Shown here piece after piece: positions 37,536 to 47,229 of a DNA stretch of 64,000 nucleotides. The DNA is taken from assembly GCA_043806015.1 (NCBI GenBank), contig JAZDHH010000007.1, positions 51,698-115,697 on the forward strand. Direction: 5' to 3'. Both the position numbers and the translations under genes were made by a program. The notes beneath the pieces are model-generated. The model worked only from the letters and a program-made list of their open reading frames with translations. It had not been told where the DNA came from and did not search any database. Every line of letters begins with the position of its first letter. Position 1 is the stretch's first letter. The stretch comes from Nanobdellota archaeon. Lineage in GTDB: Archaea; Nanobdellota; Nanobdellia; Woesearchaeales; JAHIVG01.

Positions 37536-38734
37536 AGTTCGCCCACCTCGCCGACTGCCACCTGGGCGGCTGGCGCGACCCCAAGCTGCGCCTCGCCAAC
37601 CTGGAGGCGTTCTGCCGCGCAGTGGACGAGTGCGTCGAGGCGCAGGTCGATTTCGTCATCATCGCCGGCGACCTGTTCAACACTTCGCTTCCCGCGCTGG
37701 ACATCCTCAAGTCTGCCGTGACGAAGCTTCGCCTGCTCGCCGACAAGGGCATCCCGGTCTACTGCGTGCCTGGCAGCCATGACTTCTCTCCTTCAGGGAA
37801 AAGCATGCTCGAGATCCTTGAGGAGGCTGGCCTGCTCATCAATGTGGTGAAGGGCGATGTTGTCGAGGGAAAGCTGAGGCTGCGGTTCACCGTCGACAAA
37901 AAAACCGGCGCCAAGCTGACGGGCATGCTCGGCAGGCGCGGCTCGCTGGAAAAAGGCTACTTCGAGAGCATGGACACGCAAAGCCTCGAGCAAGAGCAAG
38001 GCTTCAAGATCTTCGTCTTCCACAGCGCTGTCGAGGAGCTCAAGCCGCAAGGCCTGGACAAGCTCTCCGCCATGCCGCTCTCCCTCCTTCCCAAAGGGTT
38101 TTCCTATTACGCCGGAGGCCATGTCCATGCTCCGTCGCAGACGACGCTGGAAGGCTATGGCCTCATCGCCTTTCCAGGCCCACTGTTCCCCAACAGCTTC
38201 TCCGAGCTCGAGGAGCTCGAGCGCGGCCAGTTCCTCATCAATGAGGACAGCAACGTGAAAGCGAGACAGATCCAGCTCTACAACGTCACCATCCTCAACG
38301 CCGACGCCGAGCACAAAGCGCCAGAGCAGGTGACCGCGGACCTCATGGCCCAGACCGAGGGCAAGGAGTTCGCCCAATGCATCGTGCTGATCAGGGTGAG
38401 GGGCGTCCTCGGCCAGGGCAAGCCGTCGGACATCGCCTTCACCGAGATTTTCGCAGAGCTCTACCGCAAGTCTGCCTTTGTCGTGCTGAAGAACACCGCG
38501 TCGCTTTCCTCCAAGGAGTTCGAGGATGTGCGCGTCCAGGAAAGCACTGTTGCAGAGCTGGAGGATCGTCTGGTCAGGGAGCATGAAGGCCAGATGCAAG
38601 GAAAGGTATCCATCCTCGTGAAGGAGCTCATGCAGGTCCTTGACCTCGAGAAGGCAGAGGACGAGCGCAGGAAGGATTTCGAGCAGCGCCTCGTCAAGGC
38701 CGCCTCCCCCGTTCTCGAGGCGAAAGGCATTTAA
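37532..38734 (+). CDS. mre11: Mre11 nuclease
   Basis: ADCHLG, AGDLF, PGSHD, FHS, GGHVH phosphoesterase motifs; next to herA. Confidence 0.92.
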   Translation: MKFAHLADCHLGGWRDPKLRLANLEAFCRAVDECVEAQVDFVIIAGDLFNTSLPALDILKSAVTKLRLLADKGIPVYCVPGSHDFSPSGKSMLEILEEAGLLINVVKGDVVEGKLRLRFTVDKKTGAKLTGMLGRRGSLEKGYFESMDTQSLEQEQGFKIFVFHSAVEELKPQGLDKLSAMPLSLLPKGFSYYAGGHVHAPSQTTLEGYGLIAFPGPLFPNSFSELEELERGQFLINEDSNVKARQIQLYNVTILNADAEHKAPEQVTADLMAQTEGKEFAQCIVLIRVRGVLGQGKPSDIAFTEIFAELYRKSAFVVLKNTASLSSKEFEDVRVQESTVAELEDRLVREHEGQMQGKVSILVKELMQVLDLEKAEDERRKDFEQRLVKAASPVLEAKGI

Positions 38735-38771
38735 ATCCTGACCGCGGATTTCATCTTAAAAAGAGGTCATC

Positions 38772-39632
38772 ATGGTCCTGGAACAGCTGTACGCAGTGGA
38801 TTTCTTGCGCCGCAAGCCCGGCTTCGCCTTCGTGCTCGGCTTCTCCTACGCGGTCATCGGGATCGCTTTCGCCCTCTTCATCTTCCCGGAGAGCCCGAGT
38901 CTCGTCGCGGTCGCCATCACCACCATCCTGCTGATGCCGACGTTGTTCAAGCTCATCTCCAAGGAGGAATTGGAGGAGAGTGGGGAGAGCCATCTCAATT
39001 TCGGCAGGCTGTATCACGACAACTGGCATCTCATCAAGGTGTACCTTTTCATCATGATGGGCACCGAGCTGGCCTTCACGCTGTTCTCCCTCATGTTCCA
39101 TCCTGCCGCGGTTTCCCACATCTTCCGCGCGCAGATCGCCATCCAGAAAGGCTACGCCGGAGGGCTGTACTTCAGCACACCCCTTTTCTTCGACATCCTC
39201 CTCAACAACCTCAAGATCTTCGTCATCTGCTTCCTCATCTCCATCCTGCTGGGCAACGGCTCGATCTTCCTGCTGGTGTGGAACTCCTCGGTCTGGGGCA
39301 CCATCTTCGGCGATCTCGCGCGCACCGCGGCCACCATCGCCGGCAAGAACCCGTTCATCTACTACACGCTCATCTTCATCTCGACCCTGCCGCATGGCAT
39401 CCTGGAGATCCTCGCCTATGTCATGGCTACCATAGCGGGCAGCATGATCTCGCAGACGATCTACAAGGAGCAGGCCTTCTCGGACAAGATGTCCATCGTG
39501 CTCATCTACAACCTGACGCTCTTCTGGGTCGGCCTTATGCTCCTCGTCCTTGGAGCTTTGGTCGAGACCTATGTCCTCGGCAACCTCGAGGTCTACCGCA
39601 TGATCATCCTGCAGAGCTACGGCGGCGGCTAG
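38772..39632 (+). CDS. SpoIIM/DUF95-family membrane protein
   Basis: ILLNNLK, LPHGILEILAY; multi-TM. Confidence 0.8.
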   Translation: MVLEQLYAVDFLRRKPGFAFVLGFSYAVIGIAFALFIFPESPSLVAVAITTILLMPTLFKLISKEELEESGESHLNFGRLYHDNWHLIKVYLFIMMGTELAFTLFSLMFHPAAVSHIFRAQIAIQKGYAGGLYFSTPLFFDILLNNLKIFVICFLISILLGNGSIFLLVWNSSVWGTIFGDLARTAATIAGKNPFIYYTLIFISTLPHGILEILAYVMATIAGSMISQTIYKEQAFSDKMSIVLIYNLTLFWVGLMLLVLGALVETYVLGNLEVYRMIILQSYGGG

Positions 39633-40183
39633 AAGGAGCGAGCCACTTTCTTTAGGTCATGGCCCTGCAGAGTCCGGATGCCGAGTCCCTCCGCGATGTC
39701 CCTGTATTCCTCGTCGTCGTCGACCAGCAGCGTCTTCGTGGGCTCCAGACCTTCCTTCTCGATGAGCCGCTTCCAGAATTCAGGACGGCTTTTCTCCCCG
39801 CCCTCATCATGGGAAAAGATGAAATCCACATCAAAGCCGAACTGCCTGACGAAGAGCTCGACTGTGCGGCGGTGCGAGTTCGAGGCGATGCCGACCTGGC
39901 ACTTCTTCTTGGCAAGGGCGAAGGCCTCCTTTGCAAACGGCTTCAGCGCAGCTTCCTTCGCGTATTCCTTCAGCTTCGTATGGTAGAAATCCAGGCAGCC
40001 GAGCTCCTCGCAGAGGAAGAAGGTGTCGACGACGCCGGCCCTGCCTACTTTTCGGATGGCTTTCTCGACCTTCGGCCGGCCATGGCGCCGCATGAGCTCG
40101 TCGATGAGCGGGATCCTGAGCCGGTCGTAGACAGAAAGGTCGATGAGCGTGCCGTCGAGATCAAAAATGATCGTCTTGATCAT
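39629..40183 (-). CDS. HAD-family hydrolase
   Basis: FDLDGTL, ASN, K, VDD motifs. Confidence 0.9.
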   Translation of the reverse strand: MIKTIIFDLDGTLIDLSVYDRLRIPLIDELMRRHGRPKVEKAIRKVGRAGVVDTFFLCEELGCLDFYHTKLKEYAKEAALKPFAKEAFALAKKKCQVGIASNSHRRTVELFVRQFGFDVDFIFSHDEGGEKSRPEFWKRLIEKEGLEPTKTLLVDDDEEYRDIAEGLGIRTLQGHDLKKVARSF

Positions 40184-41469
40184 GGCTTCCAACGAAGCAT
40201 CGTCCTTGGGAAAAGGATTGCGTCCTTGATGTTGTCGAGCTTGCACAGCCAGGCGACGACGCGCTCGACGCCCATGCCGTAGCCCGCGTGCGGCACCGAG
40301 CCGTACTTGCGCAGGTCCAAATACCAGGCGTAGTTCTCCGGCTTCTCGCCCTGGGCCTTGAGCGACTTCTTCAGGCTCTCGATGTCCGTTTCCCTGACGC
40401 TTCCCCCGATGATCTCGCCGTAGCCCTCTGGAGCGAGCATGTCCATGCAGAGCGCGGTGCCAGGCATCTCCGGATCCTCCGGCTTGTAGAACGCCATGAT
40501 GGCCTTCGGATAGTTCGTGATGATGACCGGCTTGTCAAAGTGCTTCATGATGAGGTCTTCCTCGATCGTCCTGAGGTCCTTGCCGAACTCGATGTCCTGA
40601 TTTTCCTTCTCCTTGAGCAGCTGCAGAGCATCTGCATACGTCATCCGAGGGAAGGGCGCCTTGATCTTCTTGAGCTTCGCCACATCCTGGCCGAGCAGCT
40701 CGAGCTCGGCAGTGTTCTTCTCGACCACTTCCTTGACGATGAAGGCGATGCATTCCTCCGCTGATTTCTGCAAGGCAGAATAGTCGAACCACGCTGCCTC
40801 CATCTCGGCCATCCAGAACTCGGAGAGGTGCCTGCTCGTCTTTGAGCGCTCAGCCCTGAAGCAGGGCGAGATGGTGAAGGCCTTCTCGACGCCGAAGATC
40901 GCTGCTTCCGCATAGAGCTGCCAGGACTGCGAGAGGAAGGTCTTGTCGTTGTAGTACTTGACCTCGAACAGCGTTGAGCCCCCTTCGCACTGGTTCGGCT
41001 GCAGGATAGGGGGGGAGAGCTCGACATAGCCCTGCTCGGCGTAGAACTTCCTGAAGGCAGAGAGCACCGTGTGCCTAATCCTGGTGACTGCGACGATCTT
41101 GCGCGACCTTACCCAGAGGTGCCGCATGTCGAGCAGGAACTCGGGGCTCTGGTCCTTGGTGATCGGGTAAGGCTCGGCTTGATGGACAAGCTTGAATTTG
41201 GTTATGTGTATCTCGTAGCCGGTCGGGGCGCGCTTGTCCTCATGGATGTCGCCATGCACTTCCACAGAGCTCTCCAGGGAGGCCTTCTGCGCCTCTGCCC
41301 AGTCAGCGTGCTTGTCGTCGATGACGCACTGGATGACGTTCGTGCCATCCCGGATGATGATGAACCTGAACTTGTTGCTGCCGCGCTCCCGCCACACCCA
41401 GCCGCGGATGGCGACCTCGCCCTTGCCCTTGTCGATTGCCTCTTGGATGGAGATGAAATGAGGTTGCAT
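40180..41469 (-). CDS. asnS: asparagine--tRNA ligase
   Basis: OB domain, LSQSWQLY, FRAERSKTSRHLSEFWM, WYLDLRKYGSVPHAGYGMGVER. Confidence 0.9.
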   Translation of the reverse strand: MQPHFISIQEAIDKGKGEVAIRGWVWRERGSNKFRFIIIRDGTNVIQCVIDDKHADWAEAQKASLESSVEVHGDIHEDKRAPTGYEIHITKFKLVHQAEPYPITKDQSPEFLLDMRHLWVRSRKIVAVTRIRHTVLSAFRKFYAEQGYVELSPPILQPNQCEGGSTLFEVKYYNDKTFLSQSWQLYAEAAIFGVEKAFTISPCFRAERSKTSRHLSEFWMAEMEAAWFDYSALQKSAEECIAFIVKEVVEKNTAELELLGQDVAKLKKIKAPFPRMTYADALQLLKEKENQDIEFGKDLRTIEEDLIMKHFDKPVIITNYPKAIMAFYKPEDPEMPGTALCMDMLAPEGYGEIIGGSVRETDIESLKKSLKAQGEKPENYAWYLDLRKYGSVPHAGYGMGVERVVAWLCKLDNIKDAILFPRTMLRWKP

Positions 41470-41514
41470 GACAAGCAAAAGGATATGCTCAGTATAAAAA
41501 GATTTGCCTGATGC

Positions 41515-41892
41515 TCAAGAAACGGTTATTCCCACAGTTTTCAGTGCCGCGACAGCCTTCTCCTTGTCCTTCTCCTTGATCAGGAAATGGTCCCGCGAGA
41601 ACGCCGCGATCGGCATGATGGCGACTTCAGCGTCGGCGAGCGCGCCCGCGATGGTCGCAGTGACCCCCACAGTGTCCATGGCCGTGTCCTGGCCGAGCGT
41701 TAGCAGGAGCCAGCCTTTGTCAGCGGCGATGCAGTCCTTCGGCAGCTTCCCTTCCTGGACGATCACCGTTATTTCGTCCTTATCAATGATGTTGGCGAAT
41801 GCGCCAGGAACAGGTTGCCTCACCTTGGCGAAGGCAAAACGGCCTTTCCAGAAAAAGGCAGGAGCGTCCTTGAAAGGATAGTGCCGTCTCAC
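41515..41892 (-). CDS. ACT-domain protein (CASTOR/DUF2241-like)
   Basis: EITVI, VGVTATIAGALADAEV, FSRDHFLI. Confidence 0.8.
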   Translation of the reverse strand: MRRHYPFKDAPAFFWKGRFAFAKVRQPVPGAFANIIDKDEITVIVQEGKLPKDCIAADKGWLLLTLGQDTAMDTVGVTATIAGALADAEVAIMPIAAFSRDHFLIKEKDKEKAVAALKTVGITVS

Positions 41893-43610
41893 TCTTTCAG
41901 CCCGATGTGCAGCTCGTCCAGCTGCTTCTTGGCCACCGGCGACGGCGCGCCGTCCATCAGGCTTTGGCAGGCCTTGTTCTTGGGGAAGGCGATGACGTCG
42001 CGTATGCTCTCATTGCCGGTCATGATGGCGACGAGCCGGTCGAGGCCGTAGGCGATGCCGCCGTGCGGCGGGGCGCCGAACTTGAAGGCGTCCAGCAGGA
42101 AGCCGAACTTCGCCTTCGCCTCCGCTTCGCCGATGCCAAGGAGCGCGAACATCTTCTGCTGCGTTTCAGGGTCGCTGATCCTTATAGAGCCGCCGCCGAC
42201 TTCCGTGCCGTTCAGCACGATGTCATAGGCCCGTGCCCTGACCTTGCCAGGGTCTTTATCCAGCAATAGCAAGTCTTCTGGTTTTGGCGACGTGAAAGGA
42301 TGGTGCATGGCGACGAGCTTCTGCTCTTCCTCGCTCCATTCGAGCAACGGGAAGTCAGTCACCCAGAGGAACGCTTCCCCTTGGATCAGGCCGAGCTTCT
42401 GGCCGAGGCTCAACCTTACCTGGCAGAGGGCCTTGCAGGCGTCCTGCCACTTGTCCGCGACGGCGAGCAGGGTCTGACCTTTCTGGATGCCGCTCTCCTT
42501 GATGATTCGGTGCTGCTGCTCTTTCTTGAGGAATTTCGCCACCTGGCCTTCAAGCTGCTCTTCCATCGAAAGCGCGATGAGGCCTTTCGCCCCGGCAGCC
42601 TTGGCTACCTCGGTGAGCTCGTCAATTTCCTTGCGGCTCAGCAGCTTCGGCGCGACCATGGCTTTGACAACTCCTCCAGAGTCGATGACCGTATTGAGCA
42701 CCTTGAATTCGCCGCCCTTGCACGCTTCGGTCAGGTCGCAGAACTCCAGGCCGAAACGCACGTCAGGCTTGTCCGAGCCATAGCGGTCCATCGCTTCGCG
42801 ATAGGTGATCCGGGGAAAGGGCGTCTTGAGGTCTTTTCCCAGGGTGTGCTTCCAGAGGTTATGGAGCATGCCCTCATTGAGCTTGAAGATGTCCTCCTCG
42901 GTGATGAAGGACATCTCGATGTCGATCTGCGTGAACTCAGGCTGCCGGTCCGCGCGCAGGTCCTCGTCGCGGAAGCATCGCGCCATCTGGAAGTAGCGGT
43001 CATAGCCCGATACCATGAGGAGCTGCTTGAAGAGCTGCGGGCTCTGCGGCAGCGCGAAGAATGATCCCTCGTGCACCCTGCTGGGCACCAGGTAGTCGCG
43101 CGCCCCTTCTGGCGTGCTTTTCGTGAGCATCGGCGTCTCTATTTCAAGGAACCCTTCCTTGTCCAGGTAATCGCGGACAGTCTTCGTGACGCGGTGACGC
43201 ATCTGCAGGTTCCGCTGCATAGGCTCGCGGCGGAGGTCGAGGTAGCGGTACTGCAGCCTCGTGTCCTCGGTCATCGTGGAGTCTTCTGCGACCACGATGG
43301 GCAGGCGGGATGCGGCGCTCAGGATCTCGACATCAGCGGCCTCGATCTCGATGTCGCCCGTGGCCCGTTCGGCATTCTCCATGCCCTCCTTGCGGCGCTT
43401 GACCTTGCCCTTAACGCGGAGCACGGTCTCGTTGGTGATGCCACGGGTGCTCTCTTCCTTGGCGACGACTTGCGTGATGCCGTAGCGGTCGCGCAGGTCG
43501 ATGAATACTATTCCGCCGAAGGTGCGCAGGCTGTTGACCCAGCCGCACAGTACAACGTCGGCACCGACATTCTCTGCCCGAAGTTCGCCGCAAGTTTCAG
43601 TGCGAAGCAT
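41889..43610 (-). CDS. aspS: aspartate--tRNA ligase, bacterial type with GAD insertion
   Basis: RTETCGEL, STPEGARDYLVPSR, LPQSPQLFKQLLM, DRYGSDKPD, HHPFT, GAPPHGG. Confidence 0.96.
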   Translation of the reverse strand: MLRTETCGELRAENVGADVVLCGWVNSLRTFGGIVFIDLRDRYGITQVVAKEESTRGITNETVLRVKGKVKRRKEGMENAERATGDIEIEAADVEILSAASRLPIVVAEDSTMTEDTRLQYRYLDLRREPMQRNLQMRHRVTKTVRDYLDKEGFLEIETPMLTKSTPEGARDYLVPSRVHEGSFFALPQSPQLFKQLLMVSGYDRYFQMARCFRDEDLRADRQPEFTQIDIEMSFITEEDIFKLNEGMLHNLWKHTLGKDLKTPFPRITYREAMDRYGSDKPDVRFGLEFCDLTEACKGGEFKVLNTVIDSGGVVKAMVAPKLLSRKEIDELTEVAKAAGAKGLIALSMEEQLEGQVAKFLKKEQQHRIIKESGIQKGQTLLAVADKWQDACKALCQVRLSLGQKLGLIQGEAFLWVTDFPLLEWSEEEQKLVAMHHPFTSPKPEDLLLLDKDPGKVRARAYDIVLNGTEVGGGSIRISDPETQQKMFALLGIGEAEAKAKFGFLLDAFKFGAPPHGGIAYGLDRLVAIMTGNESIRDVIAFPKNKACQSLMDGAPSPVAKKQLDELHIGLKE

Positions 43611-43659
43611 AGGCCGAGAGAACCCGAGGTTGGTATAAAAATGTTTTGGCCGAGGATTT

Positions 43660-44838
43660 TTAGACGTATGCCAGCCACGGGTCGAGATAGCGGTTAAGCG
43701 CGAAGATGACGCCGAGCCTTGGATTGGGCCTGCCGTTCGCGAGGAGGTTGTCCAACATCAAGCCCTTGCCTTGGTAGCCGTCAAGGTCCTTGGAGTTCCG
43801 GAACGCGTTCCCGGCGATGCCATGCGTCGCGTTGCTGTCCAGCCAGATGCCGATGTTATTGTCCATGATGGCATTCCTCAGGATGAAAGCTTTTCCCTCA
43901 GCTGTGCTGAAGATACCGTACTTGGACTGCGAAAGCGCATTGCCGGTGACGGCGACCGATTTGCTTTTGCCCACGAGGATGTTGGCGCTGGCAGATCCTG
44001 TGACCGTATTGTTCGCGACCAGGATGTCGTCCGCATTGTTAAGCTCGATGCCGAAACTCCGGGCGTTCCGTATGCTGTTTCCAGTTATCGTGCTGTGGTT
44101 CGTCCGGCCGATGTTCAAGCCGCCCATGAGGAAGTCGTTGCGCTCGATGGCGAGGTTGTCGGAGCGTTCTGTCCGGAGATTGCAGTTGACCACCCTGCTC
44201 GTCCTGAGCTTGAGCTGCGAGCTGTCCTCGATGAGGATGCCTGTGGTGCTGCCCACGAAGGAATTGCCTGAGAGATAGACCTGATCGCTTCTGGTGACGC
44301 GGAGGGCAAAGACCGTGTCGGTGATGGACAGGCCGTCCGCCGCGACCAGAGAGCTGTCCTCGATGAACATGCCCCGGCCAGCCGAGATGTTGCCGTTGTT
44401 GATGCTGACATCTTTGCTCTGCTTCATCCAGATGCCGTTCGTGAGGTTCCGCAGCTTGATGTTCTCGATGGTGGCACCGTTCACCCCGGAGAGCAGGATG
44501 CCGATGAAGCCTTTCTCCACCATGACGAAATGGTCGACGGTGAGGTCGCGGGTGTCCTTTGCGAAGAGGCCGACCGAGAAGTCATAGGCTTCGCAGTTCT
44601 TGACGCTGATGTTCTTCCCCACCACGGCGATGCCATAGCTGTCTTCGATGCCCCGGCCCCGCACGGCGAAGCCGTCGCAGTCGAGCGCCGCGCCGTCGGT
44701 GAGGATGAGGCCGAACTTGTCGCAGTTGGTGAGGTGCTGGGTGAGCGTGAGGCTGCTGTTGACCGTGTCGCCGCACCGGACAGCTGCCGCTACCGGGATG
44801 AGCATGCACAAAGCCAAGAGCCCAAGTGACCATTTCAT
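43660..44838 (-). CDS. secreted right-handed beta-helix (NosD/CASH) protein
   Basis: signal peptide; repeated GI-x-L and I-x-N-N beta-helix repeats. Confidence 0.85.
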   Translation of the reverse strand: MKWSLGLLALCMLIPVAAAVRCGDTVNSSLTLTQHLTNCDKFGLILTDGAALDCDGFAVRGRGIEDSYGIAVVGKNISVKNCEAYDFSVGLFAKDTRDLTVDHFVMVEKGFIGILLSGVNGATIENIKLRNLTNGIWMKQSKDVSINNGNISAGRGMFIEDSSLVAADGLSITDTVFALRVTRSDQVYLSGNSFVGSTTGILIEDSSQLKLRTSRVVNCNLRTERSDNLAIERNDFLMGGLNIGRTNHSTITGNSIRNARSFGIELNNADDILVANNTVTGSASANILVGKSKSVAVTGNALSQSKYGIFSTAEGKAFILRNAIMDNNIGIWLDSNATHGIAGNAFRNSKDLDGYQGKGLMLDNLLANGRPNPRLGVIFALNRYLDPWLAYV

Positions 44839-44871
44839 AGTGATAAGGGAGAACGGCCCTTTTTTTAAGCT

Positions 44872-45381
44872 TTACGAAAGAAGGGGGAGGATGAACTGGG
44901 TGATCGCCTGTTTTGCGCTCTCATGAATCCCGTCCGTCGCCATGAGCGTCTTGAGCTCAGCCTTGGTGAAATATCGGATCTCAGCGATTTCCCGGGGATC
45001 CAGAATAAAGGATGCGATCGGTATCTCTTTCCGGAGCAGGAATACGGTCGCGAACCGCTTCTCACGGCTATTGGAGTGCATGTTCCAATCCTCGTTCAGG
45101 AGCTTTCCAAGCTCCTCAAGGCTGGGTGGAGAGATGCCTAGTTCCTCCTTCAGTTCGCGCAATGCTCCGATGAGATAATCCTCTTTCGGGGGGAAATGGC
45201 CTGCTGCTGAATGGTCCCACAGGCCGGAGTCTGCCCGCCGCTGGAGGAGCACCTGGTCCTTAGCGAAGACGTAGACAAAGGCTTCATGGTGAAGAAGTCC
45301 TTTGGCGTGCGCCTTGTCGCGCGTCGTCTCGCCGATGACCCTGTCCTGCCCATCCACGAGGGCGATGGGCTCGTCGTTCAT
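44872..45381 (-). CDS. NUDIX hydrolase (IDI/YfcD-like)
   Basis: GLLH, LLQRR, AAGH...GALRELKEELG Nudix box. Confidence 0.9.
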   Translation of the reverse strand: MNDEPIALVDGQDRVIGETTRDKAHAKGLLHHEAFVYVFAKDQVLLQRRADSGLWDHSAAGHFPPKEDYLIGALRELKEELGISPPSLEELGKLLNEDWNMHSNSREKRFATVFLLRKEIPIASFILDPREIAEIRYFTKAELKTLMATDGIHESAKQAITQFILPLLS

Positions 45382-46007
45382 GGCGGGGTCATCACCATGA
45401 CGTTCGCCTTGGCGAGGCTCTTGAAGCGCTCGGCATCGCCCAGGGTCCCGACGATGGAGCCGCAGTGCATGGGGATGGCGACCTTCGGCTTGATGATGTC
45501 GGCTGCCTTGGCCGCCTCCTCAGCGGTCATCACATAGGTGCCCGAGACAGGGAGCAGGGCGATGTCCGCCTTGATGCGCTGCATCTCAGGTATGAGGTCG
45601 GTGTCGCCCGCATGGTAGATGCGCTTGCCGCCAACGGTAAGAATATAGCCGAGCCAGCCGTTCTCCTTGGGATGGAATCGCTTGTTCGTGTTGTACGCAG
45701 GAACGGCCTCGATGGTGAGGCCGTCAACAGCCACCTTCTTCCCCGGCTCTAGGAGGGTCACATTCCTGACATTGAGGCTAGAGAGCTTTGACTGGCAGTC
45801 CGGCGTCGCGAAGATGATTGTCTTGGGGGTGGCGACCTTCTTTATGTCGGCGAGACTGCAGTGGTCGTAGTGGTCGTGCGTGATGAGGATGAAGTCAGCT
45901 GGCTCATCGCTCTTGAGCTGGAACGGGTCGAAATAGATGGTCTTCCCTGCCTTGACCTTGAAGCAGGCATGCCCGAGCCAGGTGATGTCCAGTCCTTCGA
46001 TGATCAT
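45378..46007 (-). CDS. MBL-fold metallo-hydrolase
   Basis: WLGHA, THDHYDH, YHAGDT, IPMH; RBS GGAGGTGA. Confidence 0.92.
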   Translation of the reverse strand: MIIEGLDITWLGHACFKVKAGKTIYFDPFQLKSDEPADFILITHDHYDHCSLADIKKVATPKTIIFATPDCQSKLSSLNVRNVTLLEPGKKVAVDGLTIEAVPAYNTNKRFHPKENGWLGYILTVGGKRIYHAGDTDLIPEMQRIKADIALLPVSGTYVMTAEEAAKAADIIKPKVAIPMHCGSIVGTLGDAERFKSLAKANVMVMTPP

Positions 46008-46012
46008 GTGGG

Positions 46013-46579
46013 TCACCTCCCTATGCTTTTCAGGCCGTGCCACCAGGCCCGGCTTGGCGTCTTCTCCATCTCTGCGAGCAGCCGCTTCGCCGTCGAGGTC
46101 TTGAGCAGGCCACGCACGTTATCGATCCAGTCCTGGCAGTCTTTATGGCCCTGCTCGAGGTATTCTTTCGCCGTGAAGGCGCATTCGAGAAGGTCGGCGT
46201 CCCTCGCGACGGTGCCCTCCCGTGAGCGCTCGTCATGGAAATCGCTGAACAGGGCCTTGAGCTCGGCGCTGGACGCCGCGGGCAGGCTGCTGACCTGCTC
46301 GGCGAACGCCTTCGCCTCGGCCGCCTTGAAGTCGATATAGCGATGCCCGACCTTGTGCAGGTCGTTGAGCCTTGCTTCAGGGACATCTTGCAGAAGGCAC
46401 ATCATCGCGGTCTTTTGCGCGTCAGCGCCTTCCTCTTTCGCGAGGAGATAGCCGAGAAGGGCAGTCCGGAAAGAATGCTCGGCAACGCTCTCAGGATCCT
46501 TGACATGGGCGATCCACCATCCTGAGCGCTTGACGCGCTTGAGCTGGCCGAGCTCGTAGATGAAAGGGACGATCGTCAT
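46013..46579 (-). CDS. HD-domain protein (YfbR/HDDC2-like 5'-deoxynucleotidase)
   Basis: LKRVKRSGW, ESVAEHS, DADLLE; QD in place of the canonical HD. Confidence 0.85.
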   Translation of the reverse strand: MTIVPFIYELGQLKRVKRSGWWIAHVKDPESVAEHSFRTALLGYLLAKEEGADAQKTAMMCLLQDVPEARLNDLHKVGHRYIDFKAAEAKAFAEQVSSLPAASSAELKALFSDFHDERSREGTVARDADLLECAFTAKEYLEQGHKDCQDWIDNVRGLLKTSTAKRLLAEMEKTPSRAWWHGLKSIGR

Positions 46580-47133
46580 CGCAGGTCGTAGAGCACTTCC
46601 TCGGTCTTCTTGAGGTTCCATTTCACGGAATCATACTTCTTGCGGAGCATGCCGTTGCGGAAGTCGAAGCGGATGAGCTGGCCGTCCAGCTCCTCAAGGA
46701 AGCGCTGTATGGCCTCGACCTCTGCCTTGTCGCGCTTGATGGCTTCCCTGACAGCCCGCCGGGCAAGCTCTCCGGTCAGGTCGCAGATGCCGGAAAGATA
46801 GTCCTCTACGCTGATGCCCAGGGCTATGTGGGTGGGAAGGCTTTGTCCCTGGCGGAAGGCGAGATAGCACATGGCTTCCGCGTACTCTTGGGTCGCGTCC
46901 CCATAGGCGCCCTCGAAGGGCAATGCCCGGTCCTTCGCCGCGATGCTGTCGAGCGCCTGCTTGGCCTCCTGCAGGGCCTTGCCGTCCGCGGCCTCGTTGC
47001 GGTGCAGGCTGTAGATGAGCTGCTTGGCGAGCTTGAGCACATCCCTCGCCTTCTTGATGAGCTCCTCGCGGCTGAGGTCATAGGCGGAGAGGTCAGCGAC
47101 AAGCTGGTCGAATTGGGTTTTGTCGATCATCAT
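46576..47133 (-). CDS. translin/TRAX family protein
   Basis: QEYAEA, DYLSGICDLTGELAR, LRKKYD. Confidence 0.9.
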   Translation of the reverse strand: MMIDKTQFDQLVADLSAYDLSREELIKKARDVLKLAKQLIYSLHRNEAADGKALQEAKQALDSIAAKDRALPFEGAYGDATQEYAEAMCYLAFRQGQSLPTHIALGISVEDYLSGICDLTGELARRAVREAIKRDKAEVEAIQRFLEELDGQLIRFDFRNGMLRKKYDSVKWNLKKTEEVLYDLR

Positions 47134-47229
47134 TAAGAGGAAAGGTCCGGCATTTATATATGTTTAGCGTCGCTCCTTCTTTTGAAACCAAAACATTTAA
47201 ATAGTTATTTGTGTTTTTTCTATACTAGT

